A stretch of DNA of 61,975 nucleotides, the filler included, from Aduncisulcus paluster (taxonomy: Eukaryota): assembly GCA_024181965.1 (NCBI GenBank). It is 5 parts of 5 records of this genome, joined end to end, with 100 filler letters (N's around TTAATTAATTAA, not from the genome) between each part and the next. Parts side by side here need not be neighbours in the genome. Positions count along the whole stretch, not along the records: positions 47,078 to 61,975 come from BQXS01010819.1; 4 more parts are not named here. One strand, written 5' to 3'. The notes beneath the pieces are model-generated. The model was not told where the DNA came from, made no database searches, and was given only the letters and a program-made list of their open reading frames with translations. The position numbers and the translations under genes are program-made. Of this stretch, positions 50,674-60,669 are shown in pieces (positions within the stretch are counted from its first letter, which is position 1; each line of letters starts with the position of its first letter).

Positions 50674-53292
50674 ATGCCTCATAAAACCTTTTCTTCAGAT
50701 TGTCCTACTGGATGTACTGCTATTTTAGGCAAACCTCGCCTTATTGCTGAAGGAGAACGTTGTTTATATTGTGAGACTGCTGGGTGCCAAAAAGGATGCC
50801 CTGCTGATTGTTCTCCAAAAGATTTCATTAGAGCTATTGAACTTGGTACTCCTCATGATTTTTCCCGTGCTGCTGGTATGATTCTGTCCAAGAATCCTAT
50901 CGGTTCATGCTGTGGTGCTATTTGTCCCGATAAGTTCTGCCAATTGAAATGTGCTCGTCGTAAAATGGACACTGCTATTGAAATTCCCAAGACTCAAAGT
51001 TCTATCATTGCCAAGGCTGATAGTTTAGGAGTTTTCCCAAAGTTTGAAAAACCAAAGATGAATGGAAAGAAAGTTGCCATTATTGGAGCTGGACCCTCTG
51101 GTCTTGCTTGTGCTGCTGTTCTTGGACAGCGTGGATACAAGGTTGTGATCTACGATAGTAACACTGAGTGTGGTGGAGCCCTCCTTCAGATTCCTAAGGA
51201 GAGGTTGAACCGTAGCCACCTTGAACGTGATATAAAATTTATTCTTTCCCTCGGTGAGAACGAGTTTAAAGCTGGTGTCACAGTTTCCAGCCCCGAAGAT
51301 CTTATCAAGGAAGGGTTTGATTCCGTTGTCGTTGCTGCTGGTTGTCAAATCCCCCGTAAACTTAGATGTGAAGGTGAAGAGCACGCTATCAGTGCTGTTA
51401 AGTTTTTGACGATGCCATTGGCCGAGCAGAGAGATCTTGTTAAGGGTAAGAGTGTTGCTGTTATTGGTGGAGGCGCTGTGATGGTTGACTGTGTGACCAC
51501 TTCTCGTAGACGTGGCGCTGATGACATTCACGTCATGTATCGTCGTACCATTAAGGAAATGCCCCTTTGTTCTGATGAACGTACTGAGTTACTCGAGGCT
51601 GATGCTCAGATCGTTACTCGTACTATCCCCAAGCGTATCTTAGAAGGAAAGGGTATCGAGACAATCCGTGTTAAGATGGGAACTCGTAGCCAAGGAGCTA
51701 AGATGTCCATTGTTGAGGGAAGTGAGTACATGTGGCCCTCTGTTGATGTAGTCATTGTTGCTGCGGGTTCTTCTCCCAACAAGGAGTTGCTTGAGAAGGT
51801 TAAGGGTACTCCCGGTGTATTCGCAGCTGGAGACTTTGTCTTTGGCTCTTCCACCGCCGTTGAAGCCGTAGCTGTTGGTAAGGAATGTGCCGCTGATGTT
51901 GATGAGTATATCACTGCCGTCAGTGTCTATGGCAAGGATAGTAAGGAGGCCAAGGAACACGAATGTGGTCCTAGACTCTGCCGTATGCTCACTGAGCCCA
52001 CTGATAACGAACATGTCCACTCTGAAATCCGTATCGATGGATGGAACCCCACTCCCGTGCCCTTAGACCACAACTTCATGGGAATCCCTCTCATTAACCC
52101 TTTCGTGCTCTCTGCCTCTCCTCTCACTGACTCTTACGAGAACTGTAAGAAGGCCTACGAGGCTGGTTGGGCTGGATGTGTCCTTAAGACTGCCTTTGAT
52201 GGTCTTCCTATCCACATCCCTGAGTCTTACATGACCAAGTATGGCTCTCGCACCACTGGTAACTGTGATAACGTTTCTGGAAGACACTTGTCCCAGATGG
52301 TCGAGGATATCAAGCGTCTCGTAAAAGAGTTCCCTGATCGTATGACTGTTGGTGGTACTGGTGGTCCTGTCACTGGTGATGACGAGTTCGACAGAGCTGG
52401 ATGGGTGAAGAATACTCACATTCTTGAAGATGCTGGTGCTCACGCTGTCGCTTACTCTCTCTCATGTCCTCAGGGAGGTGATGGATCTGAAGGTGCCATT
52501 GTGAGTCAGAATGCTGAGCTCAGTGCTAAGATTGTCGAATATGTTCTTGCCGGATGTAAGAAACCCGAAGTTCCCAAACTGTTCAAGCTCACTGCTGCTG
52601 TGACATCCATCAAGAAGATTGTCGAGACCATTAAGAAGGTGTTCGATAAGTATCCTCACTGTAAGGCCGGCATTACCCTTGCCAACAGTTTCCCCACCGT
52701 GAACTTCAAACCAACTCAACGTGAAGGAAGAGTTTGGGAGGATGCCATCATGTACGGTGCCCACGGTGAGGGTGTCACTGGTATTTCATATCTCTCATTG
52801 ACATCTGTGTTCGGACTCGGAGTCGACATTGCCGGAAATGGAGGTCCCTGCAACTATAAGGCTGCCGCTGACTTCCTTGCTCTTGGATGTGGTATTGTCA
52901 AGTTCTGTACTGCCCCAACTATTTTTGGATACGATTGGATCAATGAGCTTTGCAGTGGTGTGAGTCATTTGATGGCCCATCGTGGTATCAAGAGCGTCAA
53001 AGAGCTCATTGGATGTGCTGGTCCCGAGCCTGTGTGTGACTTCATGGAGATCAAGGAGAAGAAGAGAATCCCTGTCCTCGTGAGACCCCAAGACTGTGTC
53101 TTGTGTGGCAATTGTCACTACTGTCCCAATTTGGCCTTTGGTATCGGTGGGTTCCATAAGGTTGACCCATACAAGTGTGTTGGATGTGCTGAGTGTGTCC
53201 TTATGTGCCCAAGCCAGTGCCTTGAGATGCAAGAAAGGCCTGAGGGTGTGCCACAACCAGACCATGGAAGGAAGGAAGAGAGGAAAGAATAA
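50674..53292 (+). CDS. DPYD: Dihydropyrimidine dehydrogenase (fused PreT-PreA; FAD/FMN/4Fe-4S)
   Basis: RCLYCETAGCQKGCP, IIGAGPSG, VIGGG, INPFVLSASP, catalytic SCP, KLT, and two C-terminal CxxCxxC ferredoxin motifs. Confidence 0.88.
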   Translation: MPHKTFSSDCPTGCTAILGKPRLIAEGERCLYCETAGCQKGCPADCSPKDFIRAIELGTPHDFSRAAGMILSKNPIGSCCGAICPDKFCQLKCARRKMDTAIEIPKTQSSIIAKADSLGVFPKFEKPKMNGKKVAIIGAGPSGLACAAVLGQRGYKVVIYDSNTECGGALLQIPKERLNRSHLERDIKFILSLGENEFKAGVTVSSPEDLIKEGFDSVVVAAGCQIPRKLRCEGEEHAISAVKFLTMPLAEQRDLVKGKSVAVIGGGAVMVDCVTTSRRRGADDIHVMYRRTIKEMPLCSDERTELLEADAQIVTRTIPKRILEGKGIETIRVKMGTRSQGAKMSIVEGSEYMWPSVDVVIVAAGSSPNKELLEKVKGTPGVFAAGDFVFGSSTAVEAVAVGKECAADVDEYITAVSVYGKDSKEAKEHECGPRLCRMLTEPTDNEHVHSEIRIDGWNPTPVPLDHNFMGIPLINPFVLSASPLTDSYENCKKAYEAGWAGCVLKTAFDGLPIHIPESYMTKYGSRTTGNCDNVSGRHLSQMVEDIKRLVKEFPDRMTVGGTGGPVTGDDEFDRAGWVKNTHILEDAGAHAVAYSLSCPQGGDGSEGAIVSQNAELSAKIVEYVLAGCKKPEVPKLFKLTAAVTSIKKIVETIKKVFDKYPHCKAGITLANSFPTVNFKPTQREGRVWEDAIMYGAHGEGVTGISYLSLTSVFGLGVDIAGNGGPCNYKAAADFLALGCGIVKFCTAPTIFGYDWINELCSGVSHLMAHRGIKSVKELIGCAGPEPVCDFMEIKEKKRIPVLVRPQDCVLCGNCHYCPNLAFGIGGFHKVDPYKCVGCAECVLMCPSQCLEMQERPEGVPQPDHGRKEERKE

Positions 53293-53812
53293 GAAAATCT
53301 TATCAATATTCATACGTATCTAGTTTTTTACTTATCGTCTTTAAATCTCGATGTTTGTAAGATATTTATAATATGTTAATAAAATAACATCCGCTAATTA
53401 ATATTGGCTGTGATCCGATCAAGAGTCTTGAGTCACTCGGACTCCGAAATGGTAAAATTTTCTGTTCAATTTCCTTTTGCAGAGAACCAAAACAATTAGA
53501 AATAACTTATTTCAAATGAGTATAATAATACTTTTAATGCAAAAATATTATGAAAATATTAGTTGAAAATGTTTCCAAGTACATGTGAATCCGGATATGG
53601 GAAAATTTTATAATCGTGTTTAGAAAAAAATAGCCGGTAAAAAATTTAAAATGGATATTCAATCAATCATTTTTTAAACTTATTGACTTATTTTATTTCA
53701 TATCATAACCCGAGATAATCTCTAAAAATAGAAACACCAGATGCACGATCAAATTAATGTCATGTTGAAAATTGAATTTTTTGTTACAACATAGTGTAAA
53801 AGGAATTAAAAA

Positions 53813-54688
53813 ATGTTTCCAGGACAACCAGGAATGGGGCAACCCCCAATGGGAGGAATGATGGGATCCGGTATGGGAGGACCAGGAATGATGGGACCAG
53901 GAATGGGAGGACCAGGAATGGGAGGACCAGGAATGATGGGACCAGGAATGGGAGGACCAGGAATGGGAGGACCAGGTATGGGAGGACCAGGCGGTATGGG
54001 AGCTGCTATGGGAGCTGCTATGGGTGGAGCCATGGGTGCCGCTATGGGTGGAGCCATGGGAATGGCTATGGGAGCTGGATTATCCTCTTCATTGGGTGCT
54101 ATGGCTGGAACTTACTCAGCTTTCTCTTCAGCCACTCACTCATGGATTAAGGCTCAGTACGGTTCTTACATGACCACTAACATGATGCAAACTCAAATGA
54201 AATTCCGTCAGCTTGACACTGATGGAAGTGGCCAAATCTCTGCTGAGGAACTTGCTCGTTGCTTTAGCCAAGAAGGTTATGAGTGTGGTATTGATATTGC
54301 CAAGAAGTTTATCAAGATGTTCGATCTTGGTTGGGCCAAGAACGGACAAATTGGTATGCAGGAGTTCGTTGCCTTGGACGCTTATGTTACTGCCTTAAGA
54401 CAAGCTTTCCAGGCCTCTGATGTCGACAGAAGTGGTTCTATCGCTTTCGCTGAGCTCCAAGGAATTCTTAGCCGTCAAGGTTTCTCCTACAATCCCATGA
54501 TGTCCAAAGCCCTCATGATGGCTTATGATCGTCGTAAGGTTGGACAGATTTCTTACACTAGATTCATGGATATGGGTGCTATGTTGGGTCTTTGCAGAAC
54601 CATCTCCCAGCAGTACGACCCTTCTCGCTCTGGAAAGATCACTCTCACTATGGAACAATTGGTTGCTGTTGTACTTAACTTTGTTTAA
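53813..54688 (+). CDS. Peflin-like penta-EF-hand protein with Gly/Pro/Met-rich N-terminus
   Basis: (MGGPG)n head. EF loops DTDGSGQISAEE, DVDRSGSIAFAE and DPSRSGKITL. Confidence 0.88.
   Translation: MFPGQPGMGQPPMGGMMGSGMGGPGMMGPGMGGPGMGGPGMMGPGMGGPGMGGPGMGGPGGMGAAMGAAMGGAMGAAMGGAMGMAMGAGLSSSLGAMAGTYSAFSSATHSWIKAQYGSYMTTNMMQTQMKFRQLDTDGSGQISAEELARCFSQEGYECGIDIAKKFIKMFDLGWAKNGQIGMQEFVALDAYVTALRQAFQASDVDRSGSIAFAELQGILSRQGFSYNPMMSKALMMAYDRRKVGQISYTRFMDMGAMLGLCRTISQQYDPSRSGKITLTMEQLVAVVLNFV
53872..54078 (+). repeat. 15-nt (MGGPG) then 12-nt (MGAA/MGGA) coding minisatellites
   Basis: atgggaggaccagga and atgggagctgct units. Confidence 0.85.
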
Positions 54689-55109
54689 TTGTAAATGACT
54701 GTCAATTTAATTACTTTGATAATAAGTAAAAGGTATTCGATTACCCTATTGAATCATTTTCAATGCTATGAGTCATTGATTTGCGGTGTTTTTTGGTCGA
54801 TTTGGCCGCCAATCAGGCTGATCGGATCAATCCGCAATTTAGAAGTAATTATGCACTGTTTCTAATTTTACGAAATAAATATAACTATGTATACTGATTT
54901 AACATATTCAATATTAATATACATATGTAGATCCTTCGCTGATGAATTTTCAATCCTATTGCAAGATCAGAGTGATATATTATGTTGCTTATTGACTGGC
55001 AATTTTTATTTACTTTAAATATAATACAAATTATGTACAAAAATTGACAATTCCATCATTCAAAAGTGCATAAGAAATGTTTTTTATTTTTTCCTTGTTA
55101 AAATAGAAT

Positions 55110-56753
55110 ATGGATAAAGATATATGGGAAGAAATTGAAAGAAAACATCTTCAAGAAGTCATTTTATTAAAAAAACAAGCAACTGAAGCTCAAGCTAGAG
55201 TAGAAGAACTACAAGATACCATTGAGAATGATAATCATATTTCTAGGTTACAAATTATGCATGAATATGAGCAAATTCGTAAAAAAAGATCAGATTTAGA
55301 ACAAAAAGAATCAGACATGTTATCAGATATCCGTAAAGAAAAAGTTCATATAAAACATGAGAAAGAGAGACTTCTCACAGAGAAAGATGAGCTAGTTCGA
55401 TACAAAATGCAAATTAGAGAGCGAGTTTCAGAAGAATTTGAGATGTGGAAACGATCTGAAAGACAGCGACTCTTTGACTTTGAAGCGCAAATTCGGAAAA
55501 GGGCCATCCAAGTTGAAATTGATGAAGAACGTGTTTCCAAGCTTAAGTCTGAGCATGAAAAACAAATTGCAGTTGCCAAACAACAATCTACTGAATCATT
55601 TCAACTGATGCGAGAACTCGCTCAGTGGAAGTGGGAAGCTTCATTGTATTCCGGCGAAGTCAAACGTTTGAAAGATTATATTATATCTCTTGAGAATGAG
55701 GTTCGAAAAGAGAAAGAGACTAGTATCTCGTTGACAGCTAAACTTCAATCTAACAGTGAACAACTTGTTGAACTTCGAGAGAGTGTTACTGAGGGGAAAC
55801 AGCGTGAAAAGTCGTTAAAGCTTGAGCTTGAGCGAGAAAAGGATCGTTTATCCCGTCTTGATCGTATTAGAGAACGAGAGCGTGATCGCTGGTCTTCTCG
55901 CTCATATCCATATCCATTGGTTGGTTCTCTTGTGGGAGATGGCACCAAAACATCGAAGAAACGAACTCACGGTCGTCATAGGAAGAGAAAGGGTCACAAA
56001 TCATATCAGCGTGGGAAAGCTGACACAGATGGTGATAGTTCTCTCATGATTGGTAGTAAGAAGGTGAGGTGGGCAGAGAAGGGACCCTCAGGAAATGGCT
56101 TTGAGGGAGAGGAAGAAGAAAGCGGATCTGAATATTCATATTATGACACAGAAAGCGAGGAGATAGCTGTTAAAGGTTCATCAAGAACCTCACAGAAAGA
56201 TAATGTTGTGGGGTCTAAAAAATCTAAAAAGATGACAGAAAGTATTTCTAAACAAGCTGCTGAAATGTCAACTCCATCGCCTGGAGATGGAACTTCTTCG
56301 AAATCAAAGAAACAGTCGAAACAATCTCTCAGAGGCCAAGATAAACAAACTTCAAATGGAATCCCAACCAAAGGAACTTCTAAACGTCCAATTACTCCAA
56401 TTCGCCCCATTTCGAGTGGTTTTAAACCCCAACCGTCCTCCCCTACCCTTTCCCTGGGCACTTCCTTTGGCTCTGATGATAATGAACCCATATATGACGT
56501 GCATGCGGACCAGCTTGAAGCATCAATGGTGCAACCACCGCGCACTCCTTTCTCTGGAATATCCCCCAATACACATGGAGATCCCTCACTCACTACCTTT
56601 GACTTTACTGAGGAAATGGATGACGACACTCAACATACTGCTTATAAAACAAAGGATCATGAGTCTCCTTCTCTTGCTAAATCATATATCAAAGCAAAAC
56701 CATCGCCAAGCCCTTCAGAAAGTATATTCCCTTCAACATTTACTGATGAATGA
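55110..56753 (+). CDS. Hypothetical protein (coiled-coil N-half, disordered C-half)
   Basis: 547-aa ORF. Confidence 0.75.
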   Translation: MDKDIWEEIERKHLQEVILLKKQATEAQARVEELQDTIENDNHISRLQIMHEYEQIRKKRSDLEQKESDMLSDIRKEKVHIKHEKERLLTEKDELVRYKMQIRERVSEEFEMWKRSERQRLFDFEAQIRKRAIQVEIDEERVSKLKSEHEKQIAVAKQQSTESFQLMRELAQWKWEASLYSGEVKRLKDYIISLENEVRKEKETSISLTAKLQSNSEQLVELRESVTEGKQREKSLKLELEREKDRLSRLDRIRERERDRWSSRSYPYPLVGSLVGDGTKTSKKRTHGRHRKRKGHKSYQRGKADTDGDSSLMIGSKKVRWAEKGPSGNGFEGEEEESGSEYSYYDTESEEIAVKGSSRTSQKDNVVGSKKSKKMTESISKQAAEMSTPSPGDGTSSKSKKQSKQSLRGQDKQTSNGIPTKGTSKRPITPIRPISSGFKPQPSSPTLSLGTSFGSDDNEPIYDVHADQLEASMVQPPRTPFSGISPNTHGDPSLTTFDFTEEMDDDTQHTAYKTKDHESPSLAKSYIKAKPSPSPSESIFPSTFTDE

Positions 56754-56910
56754 TTGGTAACCCGTGACAACATTCCTAATGTTTAACCTCTGGATGCACT
56801 TGTTTGAGTGAATATAAGGGTCAATGTATTTTTTGTGTTAATCAAGGCGGAAAAAACAACGTTAGGCTTGGAGTTAAATCCGAGTGAAGGTTTCACTATT
56901 GATAGTAGAA

Positions 56911-59666
56911 CTAACGTAAAGGATCGTAATAATAATGATATGTGTAATGTCTTGTAGCATGATTATTACAATATGGATACGATGATTTTTTACAATTTCT
57001 TAAGTATCTGGTAAAATGGTATCTATTATGACTTAACATCCAACCCCCATTAATATTGCACCATTTCATCTTGGCATCATATGTAGGAGATATGTGAGGA
57101 ACAAGAGATGGAACAGTGGAGAACATGAAAATGAGATAGCACCAACATATGATTCCCCTCTCATGTTCTTTCCTCTTTATAACTCTAAACCACCCATCAA
57201 GAAGATCTTTAACATTAGTATAGATTTCAATAGCATGTCTTGGATCACAACATAAGTTGGAGAAGAATCGTAAAACTCTTTCATGATCATCCTCAACAAA
57301 CTTATCCCCAACAAACTCTCTCTTAACAACATCAAGAACAGGGTGGAACAGAAGCCAAGCTTCAGAACAGATGGATTTGTCAGAGGTTGAATTATCACTT
57401 GAGAGGGTGATATATGAAAGAACATACATCCATTTCCCATAACACTTACTATCATTGTATATCCTCAAACAATCTCTGATATATGGTTTAATGAGGGTGA
57501 GAATAGAGGATCGAGTTGAAGAAGAGGGAGAGATAGAGATGTTTCTGAGAGTTATTAATAAATATCGAACAATATGATGACCCAACTTCTTCTTGCTTCC
57601 TCTCTCAAGAATACGTTTGAAAGTGGGGGAGATCTTTGGAAGGAAGGAATCCCATTTACCTTGAACTTTGAAAGTATAACCCCAACAAATCACACAATAC
57701 TCTTCATCAACATCTCCTTCCAACACTTCCTCACATCTTGATAGATGAGCAATGAAAGTGTCAATGAGATCATTCAGATCAGGAATAGGGAGATAGATAC
57801 CATTTCCAGATATAACATGACAAACAAACCACATTAAACACTGAACACAAAGAACAATCTCTCTCTTGTGCTCTTCAATCTTCCTCTTTGATTGGAATGT
57901 AAGGAAGACAGAAAGAATATTCTTTCGATGTTTATGATAGAGTCTAGAAGTTGATTTTGGGTCAGGACACTTCTTAATTATACCGACCAAATCGTAGCTT
58001 TTGGAAGTTTGATCAAATATAACTCGATGATCAACTTTTCTCCTCAGTTTCGCGGTTTTGAGTTCTTCTTTCTTCATCTTCTCTCCTTCCATCCTCCTAT
58101 TCTCTTTTTTATGCTTCAATTTCAGTTTCAAAACTTCAATTTCTTTGACTTGACGATCAACCTCTTTCCTCAAATCTTTTTCTTTTCTTTCTTTTTTTGA
58201 AGCACTTGAACTTGGCATCTTGGATTCTGATGGATGACTCAAACTATCATCCCAATTTGGTTTTAACACAACAGTTTGAATTGAAGAGTCTTTCTCAACA
58301 ATGCATCCAGAATCACCTTTATGTTTAGCAAGCTGAACCTTCACAATATCATCAGAGGATGGACATTTCCACCCTTCTCCAATCTTTGGAAGCAAATGTT
58401 TGATGGATTGAACTTTCTCACAGGCTTCATAGACACTCATACGTTCATCCATGTCAAGCTTTGTCAATCCTTGGAACACATCATTCAGACAGGAATAAAC
58501 AGGCTTGAACTTACCACCTTCAATGGTTTTTAAGGTTCTAAAAAGACGAGAGTTGTGGAGTTTTGGACCCATTCCTTTCATGATAATATTCTTAAGTTCA
58601 GTTACAAAATCTATAGGATTTGAAATTCCTTTCAACATAGGGATTTGAACAAAAGGATCTTGACTCTCAAATACTGCAAACAAGGTCAAGCCGAGTGAGT
58701 AAGCATCACTTTTTTGGGATTGCATTCCTTCGAGAGCTTCACAGGAGTTATACACAAGAGTTCCACAAACAGAGTGCTCGGGCTTAGATTTAACATCCTT
58801 GGGCCTGGAAGAAGCAATAAAACTCTTGGAAGTCGTGGAAGAGGAGATGGAGTCCTGGATTTGAACAAGACCGAGATCAGCAAGAACAATAGTGCATTCT
58901 TCATCCTTCGGATCAACACGAACAAGGAAGTTATCAGGCTTAATGTCTCGATGAATAAGGTCGGGCTTGGCTTTGATCACTTCGGAAAGACACTCGATCA
59001 TTCCAACACACAATGCACTCACTCTAAGAGGGTCAAGAGTCATGGGGTCAATGCGTTTGGTGCTTGAGTCAGAGCTTGAGTCAGAGCTTGAGTCTTCAGA
59101 ATCCTCCTCTTCTGCAATACTCTCGGAAGAACATGAGCTTGAAGAGACACACCAACTCTCAGAGGATCAAGAGTCATGGGGTCAATGCGAGTGGAGCTTG
59201 AGTCAGAATTAGAGTAAGAGTCAGAATCAGAATCAGAGCTTGAGTCTTCAGATGAGGAGTCATAGTCAGAGAAAGAGTCAGAATCGGAGCTTGAAGAGAC
59301 ACACCAACTCTTGGCAAACTCTTTCACACTGCCCCCGATACAAAACTCCATGCAAAACCCATACACCCCTTTATAATCCTCATCAAGAAGATCAAGGATG
59401 AATATTGGGCGAGGAATACGGTTGAAACATCTGGCGTTCATGAAGAGTTTCACTTGCATCTTAAACTCTGAACGACATGCTTTGATAACTTTCTTGTCAC
59501 CAACTTTAAGCAATTTCTTCAGCACACAGAGTTGAGAAACTCCTTTAATTTTCACAATGTAAATGGATCCGAATCCACCTTCTCCAATGTAACATAAGGA
59601 TTTCAAATCAGATGCAGATATGAGAGTCATATCATCTTTTTTACGTTTATGTCCGGATTTACCCAT
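56911..59666 (-). pseudogene. Family Ser/Thr kinase + helical-repeat C-terminal domain, frameshifted by a 152-nt internal duplication
   Basis: N-lobe (GEGGFG, VLKK) is in ORF 59040-59666 and C-lobe (HRDIKPDN, DLG) in ORF 56911-59043. The segment WCVSSSS...RIDPMTLDPLRV is present twice. Confidence 0.75.
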
Positions 59667-60669
59667 AATATGGAATTCGATATCCAGCTGTTCATGAAGA
59701 AAAAGAATGAATTGGGATGATGTGGAGGAATATCAAAAAGAAGAAGAAATGTAAAACAAATACGAATAATTCGATCAATAAATATTTTCTAAAATGCATT
59801 GACATACTTAAAAATGCGGAAGATAATGAAAAAAATTGCGTTGAATGTAACAAAAACAAAGTCAAAATTGATGACTTTCTCTGAGCTTGCTCAATTTTTG
59901 AAATTTGTCGTGGCGTCTTTATTTTATGTTGGAAACAACAAACAACAAACAATTTTTGAAATTTGTTGTTCTCCTCTTCTTCTGTTGTTGATAACTTTCC
60001 AATCTCATTGTCATTATGTTATAATTCATGAAGGAATATTAATTTATTCTCTCATAAATATTCCTATATCCCGATCTAGACAACAATTCTTGATATCTCT
60101 AGGTCTCAACATGATTTTGAAAACTAAAAAGGGTAAATGTTTTATTACATACATTATAATGGCTGAGAATGATGGTTCTATCCACTTCCTTTGCTTCATT
60201 GATGGAACGAATTCAAAATGTCCATTTGACACATATTCTGAAGAGCGTCTGCATTTAAGTTTCTTGAAACCATCATTTAGTATAACAAAAAATATGGAAT
60301 GGTGATGAAAATAATCCCTATCTTACTGGAATGTACTTTAGTTTAGAGCTAAGCTTCAAGTTCCCATTTTTTAGCAATTTGGTTATTTTCTCTATCATAT
60401 CTTTTTGAAACTTTGTTTATTGTGCAACATTTATAAGGTAGAATTCTCTTGAACTGATCAAAGCACGATTGATTTGAAACCCGTTCAATGGGATAACAAG
60501 TTGTTATCTCGTCTATTTCTTATCGTATGAATGAGCTCCATCATTATTTTGAGAGAAATATTATAATACCAATAAAATTAAATAAAATTTATATAATCAA
60601 TGATTCAAAATATAGTTTTTTTTTTTTTTTTTTAGAGATTCTTGGTGAAAAAATTAATGTAAAAACGTT

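Noticed and set aside
53872..54078. CRISPR-like array
   Set aside because: Contiguous in-frame coding minisatellite with no spacers, in a eukaryotic context.
59155..59311. The 152-nt kinase duplication as an intron
   Set aside because: No register within the bounding repeat gives GT...AG ends, and the donor is unlike the GTATG consensus.
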